From the NCBI GenBank assembly GCA_046725795.1, contig JBKOZI010000104.1:1-36800 (forward strand): 36,800 bases of DNA, read 5' to 3'. Under the pieces are notes generated by a model. The model worked only from the letters and a program-made list of their open reading frames with translations, had not been told where the DNA came from and did not search any database. Position 1 is the stretch's first letter, and every line of letters starts with the position of its first letter. Source of the DNA: Actinomycetota bacterium (GTDB lineage: Bacteria; Actinomycetota; Thermoleophilia; Solirubrobacterales; JBBDJG01). The position numbers were made by a program, and so were the translations under genes. This document shows, in pieces, positions 10,425 to 19,801 of this stretch.

Positions 10425-12062
10425 TTGGTCAAGATCAGCGTCATCGTGCCGGTCTACAACCCGGGCGCCAACATCGACGAGTGCCTCTCCTCCCTGCTGG
10501 GGCAGTCGCTCCCGGACGACGAGTACGAGCTGATCTTCGTCGATGATGGTTCGACGGACGAGACGCCCGCGCACCTGGACGAGCTCGCGCGGACGCGCCG
10601 CAACGTCCGCGTCGAACACATTCCCAATTCGGGGTGGCCGGGTCGTCCGCGCAACATCGGCCTCGAGCTCGCGCGGGGCGAATTCGTCTATTTCGTGGAC
10701 AACGACGACTGGCTCGGGCGCCGGGCGCTCGAGCGCCTGTACGCGTCAGCGCTTCGCAACGAATCGGACATCGTGGTCGGCAAGGTCGTCGGGCACGGCA
10801 AGACCGTCTCACGAGCTCTGTTTCAGCGCAACCGGCGAGCGGCGTCGCTCGAGTGGCCTGCCCTCCTCGGGCTCCTGACACCGCACAAGCTCTTCAGGAA
10901 AAGCCTGCTGGACGAGCACCGGATCCGGTTTGAGGAGGGTCCACGCCGGCTCGAGGACCACCTGTTCGTCGTCCATGCCTATTTTCACGCGAGGCGGATC
11001 TCCGTGCTCGCGACCTACCCTTGTTACCACTGGCGAAGAGTGCCGGACGATTCGAACGCGTCATGGAGACGGTTCGACCCCGTGGGTTACCACAACGACC
11101 TGCGCGCCGTGCTCGACCTCGTCGACCGTCACACCGAGCCCGGGCCCTTGCGTGACGGGATGTACGCCCACTGGTACCGAGGCAAGCTGCTCGCGCGCGT
11201 CGGGGGGGAGTCGTTCCTGCGACGCGACCCGGAGTACCGCCGCGCGCTCTACGAGGAGATCCGTCGCCTGACGCTCGAGCGGTACGGGCCCGAGTTCGAC
11301 GCCGCGCTCTCGTTCAAGCACCGCCTGCGCGCGCGCCTTCTTCGCCAGGACGGCTATGAGGCCCTGGAGGCGCTCGCGGAGTTCGAGTCGGGGCTTCGCG
11401 CGGACGTCATGATCCGGCGCCTGCAAGGTGACGGGGAAAGCGTCGGGATCGAGCTGGAGGCCCGCTTGGGTGGCGAGCGTGAGCCGTTCACGGTCCACCG
11501 GCGTGGAGCGCGAATGTACTGGCTCGCGCCCGAGGCGATCCGCAAAGAGCTGCCTGAGGAGGCACTCGACGTGACCAACCAGCGTCCCAGGGGCATCGTG
11601 CAGCTGCCCAGGGGCATGGTGCAGCTGCTCTTGAAATCGACAAGGGATGGGAGCGAGTTCATGGTGCCGACGGCGTCCGAGATCGTGCTCGTGAGCGCTT
11701 CCCCATCCGGGCAGGAGAAGAGACCCGTCGTGATCGCGGCCGCGGACGTCGAGCGCGGCCGCGCCGCCGCCGGGTCGCGACTTCCCCCCGGCGAGTGGGA
11801 AGTCCAAGTGCTCGTGGACGTGGGCGGTATGCGGGCGACCACGAGCATCGTGCATCTACCCGCTCGCTGGCGGTTCGGGCGGCGGCGGCGAAGGACCGGG
11901 ACGCTGACGCTGCTGGCGACCTGGGACGGTCGCCTCCTCCCCCGGCCGCCTTTCAGACGCCGCATCGCCCGGCGGTTCCCGCGAGCCGCGAGCCTCGCCG
12001 AAAGCTTCAGGCGGCGAGGTCGCGGTGCTGTCGAACCCGCAGGCGGGGACGCGGGCGCTTGA
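10425..12062 (+). CDS. Glycosyltransferase family 2 with extended C-terminus (TarS-like architecture)
   Basis: ISVIVPVYN, FVDDGSTD, NSGWPGRPRN, FVDNDD, HKLFRK, LEDHLF. Confidence 0.9.
   Translation: MVKISVIVPVYNPGANIDECLSSLLGQSLPDDEYELIFVDDGSTDETPAHLDELARTRRNVRVEHIPNSGWPGRPRNIGLELARGEFVYFVDNDDWLGRRALERLYASALRNESDIVVGKVVGHGKTVSRALFQRNRRAASLEWPALLGLLTPHKLFRKSLLDEHRIRFEEGPRRLEDHLFVVHAYFHARRISVLATYPCYHWRRVPDDSNASWRRFDPVGYHNDLRAVLDLVDRHTEPGPLRDGMYAHWYRGKLLARVGGESFLRRDPEYRRALYEEIRRLTLERYGPEFDAALSFKHRLRARLLRQDGYEALEALAEFESGLRADVMIRRLQGDGESVGIELEARLGGEREPFTVHRRGARMYWLAPEAIRKELPEEALDVTNQRPRGIVQLPRGMVQLLLKSTRDGSEFMVPTASEIVLVSASPSGQEKRPVVIAAADVERGRAAAGSRLPPGEWEVQVLVDVGGMRATTSIVHLPARWRFGRRRRRTGTLTLLATWDGRLLPRPPFRRRIARRFPRAASLAESFRRRGRGAVEPAGGDAGA
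11586..11627 (+). repeat. In-frame 21-nt tandem duplication (PRGIVQL/PRGMVQL)
   Basis: cccaggggcatcgtgcagctg followed by cccaggggcatggtgcagctg, 20/21 identical. Confidence 0.85.
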
Positions 12063-12804
12063 GGCGCAGCCCGAGCTCTTCCCGCACGTGTTTGCGAAGC
12101 TGGCGGAGGCCCGGGCCGCGAGGCATCTCCTGCTCGCGGGCGTTCCGCAGCACAGACCAGAACGAAGCAGACAGCACCGCCTCCGGCTCGATCGCGTGCC
12201 GGCGCTCCAGCACGTCCGGGGGAACCCGCTGAGGATCCGGCATGACCGTGCCGAGCACGATCTCGTCGTAGCGACGGTCGAGCACGGAGTTGCCCGGGTC
12301 GAGGCCCAGAACGAGCAGGAGCCCCGTCGGCTGCGTGTCCACCCGCAGGCAGATCAAGTCCGGCCGGTGCCGGGAGAGGATCGCCAGGATCTTGTAGACG
12401 TCGCCGGTCCAGGCGAGCGTTCGCCGTCTCCGCGCGGCCATCTCGACGTTCCCCGGAAAGATGTCGTCGAATACGGCGACGCTGGTCCAGGTCGCATGGC
12501 GCTCGACGTAGATGAAGTCGCGCAGCGCATACTCGACGAGGTGCATGCCGTCGATGAAGCCGAGCGCCACGGGCTCTCCTCCGAACGGCTCGAGCGGGTC
12601 GGGGCGGTCGAAGTACTCGTCGCTGGTCTCGCGAAAGAGCCGGGCGTCGTCACGGATCTCGGTCTGCAGGTTGTAGGCGGGGTCGATGCCCGCGCTGACC
12701 GACCGTGCGACCGCTAGGCTTTGGCCGCGCGCAACCCCGATCTCGAGGTAGGTCGGAGGCTCGAGCACTTCGTGCACCCGCTCAAGGAAGTTCAAGTACC
12801 GCAC
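12007..12804 (-). CDS. Class I SAM-dependent methyltransferase (Methyltransf_24-like)
   Basis: [42 protein letters not shown]. Confidence 0.88.
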   Translation of the reverse strand: MRYLNFLERVHEVLEPPTYLEIGVARGQSLAVARSVSAGIDPAYNLQTEIRDDARLFRETSDEYFDRPDPLEPFGGEPVALGFIDGMHLVEYALRDFIYVERHATWTSVAVFDDIFPGNVEMAARRRRTLAWTGDVYKILAILSRHRPDLICLRVDTQPTGLLLVLGLDPGNSVLDRRYDEIVLGTVMPDPQRVPPDVLERRHAIEPEAVLSASFWSVLRNAREQEMPRGPGLRQLRKHVREELGLRLKRPRPRLRVRQHRDLAA

Positions 12805-12847
12805 AGCGCACCTACGCTACTGCGCGTGGCGATCTGAGGACGCGCAG

Positions 12848-14185
12848 TTGACTTCTTCGCAATCAGCGCCAGCGGCGCCGGTGCGTCTCCGGCGTCGCCT
12901 GTTGGGCCCGGTCGCCGTCCGATTGCACCGGGCAGCCCTGCGGCTCGCGCGGCCGCTGGCTCGATCCGGAACCGCCGACGACCGTTCGGGAATGGACAGG
13001 GTATACGTGCTCCTGCTGCATGCGTACGGGATGGGCGGGACGATCCGGACCTCGCTGAACCTCGCCGGCCACCTGGCGGGACACCGCGAAGTCGAGGTGA
13101 TTTCGCTGGTGCGCCGGCGCAAACAGTCCTTCTTCGACGTGCCGCCGGGAGTGACCGTGACGGCGCTCGACGACCGCAGGAAGGGCGCACGTGAGGGGTG
13201 GACCCGCGCGGCACTCGGGAGGCTGCCGAGCCTGCTCGTCCATCCCGACGATTACGCCTACGCCGACTGCAGCCTCTGGACCGACGTGCTGCTCGTCCGT
13301 GCCCTGCGGTCATTGGGCTCTGGAGTCCTGGTGACGACGCGCCCGGCCCTGAACATCCTCGCCGCGAACCTCGCGCGGCCTGGAGTCCTGACGATCGGCC
13401 AGGAGCACATGAACTTCACAAGCCACGACCGGCCGGCGCTGCGAGCCGACATCCGCCGGCACTACCGGAAGCTCGACGCGCTCACCGTGTTGACCCGCGA
13501 CGACCAGCGTGACTATGCCGAGATGCTCGAGCGCGCGCGTACCCGTGTCGTCCGTATCCCGAACGCGGTCGAGAGCCTCGGAGGCGACCCTTCTCCGCTC
13601 GATGGGAACGTGGTCGTAGCGGCCGGCAGGCTCAATCGCCAGAAGGGATTCGATCTGTTGATCGCAGCGTTCGAGCGGGTCGTCCGCGCACGCCCCGACT
13701 GGCGGCTTCGCATCTACGGCAGCGGTCACTGGCGTGATCGGCTCCAGCAGTTGATCCACGCACGGGGCCTGGACGACAACGTGTTCCTGATGGGGCGCTC
13801 GCAACGCCTCGGGGAGGAGCTGCGGAAGGCTTCGATCTTTGCGCTCAGCTCCCGTTTCGAGGGCTTCGGCATGGTGATCGTCGAGGCGATGAGCAAGGGA
13901 TTGCCGGTCGTGAGCTTCGACTGCCCTCGCGGGCCGGCGGACATAATCAGCGACGGGCGCGACGGCATCCTGGTCCCGCCGGAAGACGTCGAGCGCTTCG
14001 CCGCTGCTCTGCGCGAGCTGATCGACGATAAGAAACGACTTCGGCGATACAGCGAGGCTGCGCTCGAGAAGGCCCAGGCCTACGACATCGCCGTAATCGG
14101 CCCGCGGTGGGACTCGCTGCTCGACGAGCTGACGGGCGAACGCGGGAAGCGCGCGGCCGCAAGCCGCGTCGCCGCGGGTGGTTAG
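12848..14185 (+). CDS. Glycosyltransferase family 4 (GT-B)
   Basis: [41 protein letters not shown] (Ex7E), DGILV. Start may instead be ATG 12992. Confidence 0.93.
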   Translation: MTSSQSAPAAPVRLRRRLLGPVAVRLHRAALRLARPLARSGTADDRSGMDRVYVLLLHAYGMGGTIRTSLNLAGHLAGHREVEVISLVRRRKQSFFDVPPGVTVTALDDRRKGAREGWTRAALGRLPSLLVHPDDYAYADCSLWTDVLLVRALRSLGSGVLVTTRPALNILAANLARPGVLTIGQEHMNFTSHDRPALRADIRRHYRKLDALTVLTRDDQRDYAEMLERARTRVVRIPNAVESLGGDPSPLDGNVVVAAGRLNRQKGFDLLIAAFERVVRARPDWRLRIYGSGHWRDRLQQLIHARGLDDNVFLMGRSQRLGEELRKASIFALSSRFEGFGMVIVEAMSKGLPVVSFDCPRGPADIISDGRDGILVPPEDVERFAAALRELIDDKKRLRRYSEAALEKAQAYDIAVIGPRWDSLLDELTGERGKRAAASRVAAGG

Positions 14186-14285
14186 GCTGAGTTATTTGAC
14201 GAGTGGCGTTGGGCAAACGCACGTGGCACCAGCCGCCGGAGTACCTGAGCGCACGCACCCGGCGTCTCCGAGCGACCGCGTCGGT

Positions 14286-15746
14286 GTGACAACCGCAGTG
14301 CTGTTCGCCACCGCCGAGGCCGAAGATGGCGGACCGGCGGCAGCGCTTCCGTGGGAAGAGAGATCCTTGCTGAGTCGCCTGCTGGCGCAGCTTGCGGAGC
14401 TCGGAATCCGCTCGGCGCACGTCATTACGCGCCCCGGCTGGGAGGAATCGCTGCGCCCGTCCATCGACGGCTCCGGCCTCGCTGCCCAACTGCACGTCTC
14501 CGCCGGTACCCCCGGCGATGTCGCCACGATCGCGGCGCTCGCGACGGACGGCCAGGGCGACCTGCTCGTCGTCTCCGCCGGCATCGTCATCCATCGCGAA
14601 GCGCTCGCCGGGCTGCTCGCCGATCCGCGTGCTTCGACCGGCGCGCTCTGCACGGGCCGAGACATCAGCGACACTTTCAGCCCCGCCGCCCGCACGACGC
14701 AGGGCCGCATCGTGAGCGCGGCCTCTGCCTGTCACGAGGTCAGCAGTCCGAACGCGAGGTTCCTCGGCGTCATCAAGATCGCAGGGGCAAACCGTGCCGC
14801 GCTGGCGGACGCCGCCGCCCGGTTGGCTGCGTTCACCGAAAGGAACCCAAGTGCGCCGCAGGACGCCGTGTCGCTTCTGCTGGTCGGGCTCGTTCGCTCG
14901 GGCGTCGAGGTCGGCGCCCGCCCGCTGCGCAAGCTGTTCTGGGCGCGCCCGCTGTCGAGCCCGGAGGCCGAGCGAGCGGCCGGCGACATCGCCGCCTTGG
15001 ACGAGGACCGCCTGATGCTCGACTCGGCGGTCAAGGCCAACGACAGCTTCTTCACGACCTTCTTCGTGAGCCCGTACTCGAAGTACCTCGCGCGCTGGGC
15101 GGCCCGGCGTGGTCTGACACCGAACCAGGTCACGACGGTCTCGCTCGGCATCGGCGTGCTCGCCGCGGCCGCATTCGCGACCGGCGAGCGAGCCGGGCTG
15201 ATCGCCGGCGCGATCCTGCTCCAGGTGTCGTTCGCGACCGACTGCGTGGACGGGCAGCTCGCCCGGTACGCGCGGATGTTCTCCCGGCTCGGCGCCTGGC
15301 TCGACGCGGTCTTCGATCGCACGAAGGAGTACGCGGTGTTCGCCGGCCTCGCGATCGGCGCGAGCAGGGCAGGCGATGAGGTCTGGGTCCTGGCGGGCGC
15401 GGCGCTGGCGCTCCAGACGGCCCGCCATACGATCGACTTCTCTTACCTGATCCTCGAACGGGAGCGGCTTGCCGCCGTGCGCCGCCCGCCGCTCGAGCAG
15501 CGTGGTGACGGCTCATCGGGAGCCAAGCAGCGCCCGGCTGTGGCCTGGGACATGCTCAACCGGAGTGCGACCATCCGGTACGTCAAGCAGTTCATCGCCT
15601 TCCCGATCGGAGAGCGGTTCGCCGTGATCTCGATCACGGCCGCGATCGCGAGCGCCCGCACGACCTTCGTCGTGCTGCTGGCCTGGGGCGGATTCGCAAC
15701 CGCCTACAAGATGATCGGACGTGTCGTGAGGTCGCTCGGTCGATGA
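14286..15746 (+). CDS. CDP-alcohol phosphotransferase with degenerate N-terminal nucleotidyltransferase-like domain
   Basis: TPNQVT and complete signature DCVDGQLAR...GAWLDAVFD. N-terminus resembles an NTP transferase but lacks GxGxR. ORF is open from GTG 14178; GTG 14286 is chosen as the domain start. Confidence 0.88.
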   Translation: MTTAVLFATAEAEDGGPAAALPWEERSLLSRLLAQLAELGIRSAHVITRPGWEESLRPSIDGSGLAAQLHVSAGTPGDVATIAALATDGQGDLLVVSAGIVIHREALAGLLADPRASTGALCTGRDISDTFSPAARTTQGRIVSAASACHEVSSPNARFLGVIKIAGANRAALADAAARLAAFTERNPSAPQDAVSLLLVGLVRSGVEVGARPLRKLFWARPLSSPEAERAAGDIAALDEDRLMLDSAVKANDSFFTTFFVSPYSKYLARWAARRGLTPNQVTTVSLGIGVLAAAAFATGERAGLIAGAILLQVSFATDCVDGQLARYARMFSRLGAWLDAVFDRTKEYAVFAGLAIGASRAGDEVWVLAGAALALQTARHTIDFSYLILERERLAAVRRPPLEQRGDGSSGAKQRPAVAWDMLNRSATIRYVKQFIAFPIGERFAVISITAAIASARTTFVVLLAWGGFATAYKMIGRVVRSLGR

Positions 15747-16360
15747 CGGCGTTCGAGCTCTGCCGCGACGACGGGCCGCTCGCGCGCGCGCTCGGGGCCA
15801 CACTTGGCCGCCGCCTGCGCCTGCCGGCGATCGCGCTGGTGGTGAGCGGCGTCGTGCCGCTGCTCGCCGTGATCGCACTCGAGGGCGCGGGCGCCGCCGA
15901 TGTCGCGGTCGGCGCCGCGGTGGGGTGGCTTGTCCTGACGGCGGGTGCATCGCGCGGGCGGCCGCACACGGACTCCCTGCGCTGGGCGGTCCCGCCCGTG
16001 CTCCGAATAGGCGAGTACGCTACCGTCATCTGGTTGGCCGCGATCGCCGGCGGAGGTGGGCCGGCCGCCGCCTTCGCCCTGCTCGCCGCCGTCGCGTTCC
16101 GGCACTACGACCTCTTCTACCGGCTCCGCTTTCTCGGCCTGGCGCCGCCCCGCTGGGTCGGCGACGTCGCCGGCGGCTGGGAGGGGCGCTCGATCGCCGC
16201 CTACGTGCTGCTCCTCGCGGGAGCGGTGCCCGCGGGCTTCTTCGTGGCGGGCGGGCTTCTGGGAGCGCTGTTCGTCGGCGAGAGCATCGCCGCGTGGGCC
16301 CGGGCCCAGAGCACCGGGGCAGTCGCCCAGTTCGAGATCGGGGAGGTCGAAGAGGAGTGA
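15743..16360 (+). CDS. DUF5941-like membrane protein (probable degenerate CDP-alcohol phosphotransferase fold)
   Basis: ATGA coupling upstream and GTGA coupling downstream. Hydrophobic, with RDDGPLAR, WAVPPVLRIGEY, FRHYDLFYR, GGWEGR motifs. Confidence 0.8.
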   Translation: MTAFELCRDDGPLARALGATLGRRLRLPAIALVVSGVVPLLAVIALEGAGAADVAVGAAVGWLVLTAGASRGRPHTDSLRWAVPPVLRIGEYATVIWLAAIAGGGGPAAAFALLAAVAFRHYDLFYRLRFLGLAPPRWVGDVAGGWEGRSIAAYVLLLAGAVPAGFFVAGGLLGALFVGESIAAWARAQSTGAVAQFEIGEVEEE

Positions 16361-17100
16361 TCGGCCTGGTGCTCGCCGCAGGCGCCGGGAGCCGCCTCCA
16401 ACCGTGGACGGACACGCTTCCCAAGACGCTGCTGCCGGTCGACGGCGACCGCTCGATCCTCGACGTCGCGCTCGCGAACCTCAAGCACGTCGGCCTCGAC
16501 GAGGTCGTGGTGGTGGTGGGCTTTGCCGCCCAGCGCGTCTCCGAGCGGGTGCCCGAGCTCGAGCGCCGTTACGGACTCCGCCTCGATCTCGTCTTCAACC
16601 CGAAGGCCGAGGAATGGAACAACGCGTACTCGCTGTGGTGCGCGCGCGAGGCGTTGGCCGAAGGCGCGCTGCTCGTCAACGGCGACACGGTCCACCCCGC
16701 CGTCGTCGAGGAACGACTGCTGGAACACCGAAAGGCCGTCCGGGGGAACGACGTTGTGATCGCCGTGGACCAGGCAAAGCCGCTCGGCCGGGAAGAGATG
16801 AAGGTGCACGTCTCTCCGGACGGGTTGCTGGAACGCATCAACAAGGGCATCGATCCCGCGGACGCCCACGGGGAGTACATCGGCCTCACGCTCATCGAGC
16901 GCGAAGCCGCCACGCCGCTCGCAGACGCGCTGGAAGCGACCTGGCGGCGTGACCCCTCTCTCTACTACGAGGACGGCTTTCAAGAGTTCGCCGACCGCGG
17001 TGGGCGGATCGGCATCGCCCCGATCGGCGAGGTCGAGTGGGTCGAGGTCGACGACCATGCCGACCTGGCCCGGGCGCGGGAGGTCGCATGCCGCTGCTGA
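16357..17100 (+). CDS. Sugar/alcohol-phosphate cytidylyltransferase (LicC/IPCT-like NTP transferase)
   Basis: LAAGAGSRL, LPKTLLPV, NNAYSL, LVNGDTV, EEMKV, GEYIG, YYEDG, WVEVDDHADL. GTG start 16357 overlaps the upstream TGA. Confidence 0.92.
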   Translation: MIGLVLAAGAGSRLQPWTDTLPKTLLPVDGDRSILDVALANLKHVGLDEVVVVVGFAAQRVSERVPELERRYGLRLDLVFNPKAEEWNNAYSLWCAREALAEGALLVNGDTVHPAVVEERLLEHRKAVRGNDVVIAVDQAKPLGREEMKVHVSPDGLLERINKGIDPADAHGEYIGLTLIEREAATPLADALEATWRRDPSLYYEDGFQEFADRGGRIGIAPIGEVEWVEVDDHADLARAREVACRC

Positions 17101-18146
17101 CGCGCATGGTCGGGACTCCGCTGGCGATCGACATCCGGCCGGGAGCGGTCACGGCGCTGGCGCCGCTGCTCGCCGACCGGAGGATCTCGAGCGGCGGGCA
17201 CGTGGCGGTGGCGGTCGGACCGGGACAGGGTGAGGAGATCGCCGCGCTGCTTCGGCCACAGCTCGCCAACGCCGACATCTGGACCGTCGAAGGAGGGAGC
17301 GTCGAGGCCGCGCAGGACCTGGGGAAGCGGCTTCGCCAGGGCTTCTATGACGCGCTCGTGGGGATCGGCGGGGGCCGGACGCTCGATGTCGCAAAGCACG
17401 CCGCGAGCATGAGCGGGCTTCCGGTGGTGACGGTCGCGACCAGCCTCGCGCACGACGGCATCGCCTCGCCCGTCGCCTCGCTCGAGGAGGGAGGACGGAA
17501 GGCGTCCTATGGGGTGCAGATGCCGATCGCGGTCGTGGTCGACCTCGACTACGTCCGCCGCAGCGAGCCGGCACTGCGACGATCCGGGATCGGCGACGTC
17601 GTCAGCAACCTGTCTGCGATCGCCGATTGGCGACTGGCGGAGCGCGAATGCGGCGAGCCGGTCGACGGCGTCGCGGTCACGTTCGCCCGCACGGCGGCGA
17701 CCTCTGTGCTGCACCGCGAGGACGGGATCGACGACCAGGATTTCCTGATCGCGCTGGCGGAGGCGCTCGTGCTCTCCGGCCTTGCGATGGCGACCGCGGG
17801 CAGCAGCCGCCCCTGCAGCGGTGGTGATCACGAGATCCTGCACGCAATCGACCACCTGTTTCCGGACACGGCGCGTCACGGCGAGCTGGCGGGCGCCGCT
17901 AGCCTCTTCACGTGCTTCCTGCACGGCGACGCCGCGCTCGCGCGAGACCTCGACGTATGTCTCCGCCGGCACGACCTTCCCCGCACGCCGTCCGAGCTCG
18001 GCCTGAGCGAGGACCAGTTCGTGCAAGCTGTCATACACGCGCCGGCCACCCGCCCCGACCGCTACACGATCCTTGAGCACCTCGACCTCGACGACCAGCG
18101 AACCAGAGAACGCGTCCAAGCGTTCGTCGACGCCTACGATCGCTGA
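17088..18146 (+). CDS. egsA: sn-glycerol-1-phosphate dehydrogenase family (EgsA/AraM; iron-containing ADH/DHQS-like fold)
   Basis: GIGGGRTLDVAK, TSLAHDGIASP, SGIGDVVSNLSAIADW, SSRPCSGGDHEILHA, HGELAG. ATG 17088 follows ggagg. Confidence 0.85.
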   Translation: MPLLTRMVGTPLAIDIRPGAVTALAPLLADRRISSGGHVAVAVGPGQGEEIAALLRPQLANADIWTVEGGSVEAAQDLGKRLRQGFYDALVGIGGGRTLDVAKHAASMSGLPVVTVATSLAHDGIASPVASLEEGGRKASYGVQMPIAVVVDLDYVRRSEPALRRSGIGDVVSNLSAIADWRLAERECGEPVDGVAVTFARTAATSVLHREDGIDDQDFLIALAEALVLSGLAMATAGSSRPCSGGDHEILHAIDHLFPDTARHGELAGAASLFTCFLHGDAALARDLDVCLRRHDLPRTPSELGLSEDQFVQAVIHAPATRPDRYTILEHLDLDDQRTRERVQAFVDAYDR

Positions 18147-18900
18147 GCTGCGGGCGGCGACGCAGCCGCCCTCGCTGTTCGAGCGCAACAGCGGCGAGCA
18201 CTGGACGGGCCGCCTGTACATGCGCCGCCTCTCGCCGTACGTGACCAGGCTGATCCTGCCGACGCGGATCAGCGCAGACGCCGTGACAGGAGCGACGCTC
18301 GTGGCCGGCCTCGCCGCGGCTGCGTTGCTGACGCTGCCCGGCCTGATTCCGGCCGCGGGAGCGGTCCTGCTGATCCAAGCCCAGATGCTGCTCGACTGCT
18401 CCGACGGCGAGGTCGCGCGCTGGCGGCGCCAGTACTCGACGGCCGGCATCTACCTGGACCGGCTGTCCCACTACGTAACCGAGACCGCGTTTCCGATCGC
18501 GCTCGGCGTGCGGGCGGACGGCGGCTGGGACTCGATCGGAGGATGGACGTCGCTCGGCCTCCTGATCGCCGTGCTGGTGCTCTTGATTAGAACGGAAACT
18601 GCGCTGGTGCATGTCGCGCGGGCGGAGTCCGGCAAGCCGCTCGTCGTCGACAGCGAGGCGGTCGCGGCCCCGCGCGGCACCGGGCTGCGGCGCGTCCGGC
18701 GTGCGTTCCGGTTCATGCCGTTCTTCCGCGCTTTCGTCGCAATCGAGTTCACGTTGATCGCATTCGTGGCCGCAGTCGTCGACGCGATCGCGGGCGACCT
18801 CGTGGGCACGCGCGTGTTGCTCGTTGCCCTGCTTCCCGTTGCCGCCGTGACCGCAACCGGACACCTGCTCGCGATCCTGGCCTCCAGCCGGCTTCGTTGA
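18073..18900 (+). CDS. CDP-alcohol phosphotransferase family protein (variant signature)
   Basis: SADAVT; LDCSDGEVARW...GIYLDRLSH, where the last Asp of the motif is replaced by His; multiple TMs. Start uncertain (TTG 18073). Confidence 0.88.
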   Translation: MSTSTSTTSEPENASKRSSTPTIAELRAATQPPSLFERNSGEHWTGRLYMRRLSPYVTRLILPTRISADAVTGATLVAGLAAAALLTLPGLIPAAGAVLLIQAQMLLDCSDGEVARWRRQYSTAGIYLDRLSHYVTETAFPIALGVRADGGWDSIGGWTSLGLLIAVLVLLIRTETALVHVARAESGKPLVVDSEAVAAPRGTGLRRVRRAFRFMPFFRAFVAIEFTLIAFVAAVVDAIAGDLVGTRVLLVALLPVAAVTATGHLLAILASSRLR

Positions 18901-19754
18901 CCGTCACCTGCGTAGTCCTCAGCCAGGGCCACCGGCCCGAGGAGCTGCGACTCGCCCTCGACTCGCTGCTCCGCCAGCGCGGCGTCGAGGTCGACGTGGT
19001 CGTCGTGGGCAACGGATGGAAGCCGAGCGGTCTGCCGGTCGGGGTGCGGAGCATCGCGCTCCCGAAGGACGTCGGGATCCCGGCCGGGCGAAACGCCGGC
19101 GTTCCAGATGCTCGAGGCGAGCTGCTCTTCTTCCTCGACGACGACGCGAGCCTCGCGGCCGACGATGCCCTCACGCGGGTCGCCGCCAAGTTCGACGACC
19201 GGGACCTCGGCCTGCTGCAGCTGCGCGTCGTGCCCCGCTCGGGAGGCCGCCCGCGCCGCGACTGGATTCCGCGCCTGCGAGCCGGAGACCCCGCGCGAAG
19301 CAGCGAGGTGACCGCCGTCTGGGAGGGCGCGGTGGCGATCAGGCGGGGCGTGTTCGAGCAGGTCGGCGGCTGGCCGGCGGAGTTCCGCCACGCCCACGAA
19401 GGCATCGACCTCGCGTGGCGCGTGATGGACGCCGGATATCGCGTCCTGTACGCGGGCGACGTGGCCGCGCTCCACCCGGCGCAGGCCGAGCCGATGCCGC
19501 ACGCGTATTCGTTCTATTTCGGCGCCCGCAACCGTGTGTGGCTCGCCCGCCGCCACCTGCCCTTCCCGCTGGGCGCGATCTATGTCGTAATGTTCGCGCT
19601 CCGCACGGTGCCGCGGCTGCGGTCAGCCCACGCCGTGCGCGAGGCGGCGCGCGGGTACCGGGACGGGATGCGCGGACCATGCGGCGGGCGGCGCAGGCTC
19701 AAAGCGCGGACGCTCCTGCGCATGACTCTGGCTGGCCGTCCGCCCATAATCTGA
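18897..19754 (+). CDS. Glycosyltransferase family 2
   Basis: VVVVGNG, GIPAGRNAG, LFFLDDDA, HEGIDLAWR, ARNRVWLARR. TTGA coupling. Confidence 0.92.
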   Translation: MTVTCVVLSQGHRPEELRLALDSLLRQRGVEVDVVVVGNGWKPSGLPVGVRSIALPKDVGIPAGRNAGVPDARGELLFFLDDDASLAADDALTRVAAKFDDRDLGLLQLRVVPRSGGRPRRDWIPRLRAGDPARSSEVTAVWEGAVAIRRGVFEQVGGWPAEFRHAHEGIDLAWRVMDAGYRVLYAGDVAALHPAQAEPMPHAYSFYFGARNRVWLARRHLPFPLGAIYVVMFALRTVPRLRSAHAVREAARGYRDGMRGPCGGRRRLKARTLLRMTLAGRPPII

Positions 19755-19789
19755 CTGGTCGGCCCCGAGGCCCCCGGAGCGAGAGCGAT

Positions 19790-19795
19790 TAGCCT
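19790..19795 (+). promoter_or_regulatory. Putative -10 box for a leaderless ABC permease transcript
   Basis: TAGCCT (TANNNT) 6 nt upstream of ATG 19802, with no Shine-Dalgarno in between. Confidence 0.45.
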
Positions 19796-19801
19796 GATCC
19801 G

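Noticed and set aside
17088-18146. Evidence for archaeal-type ether lipid synthesis
   Set aside because: No GGGP synthase, DGGGP synthase or CarS in the window. The context points to glycopolymer export.
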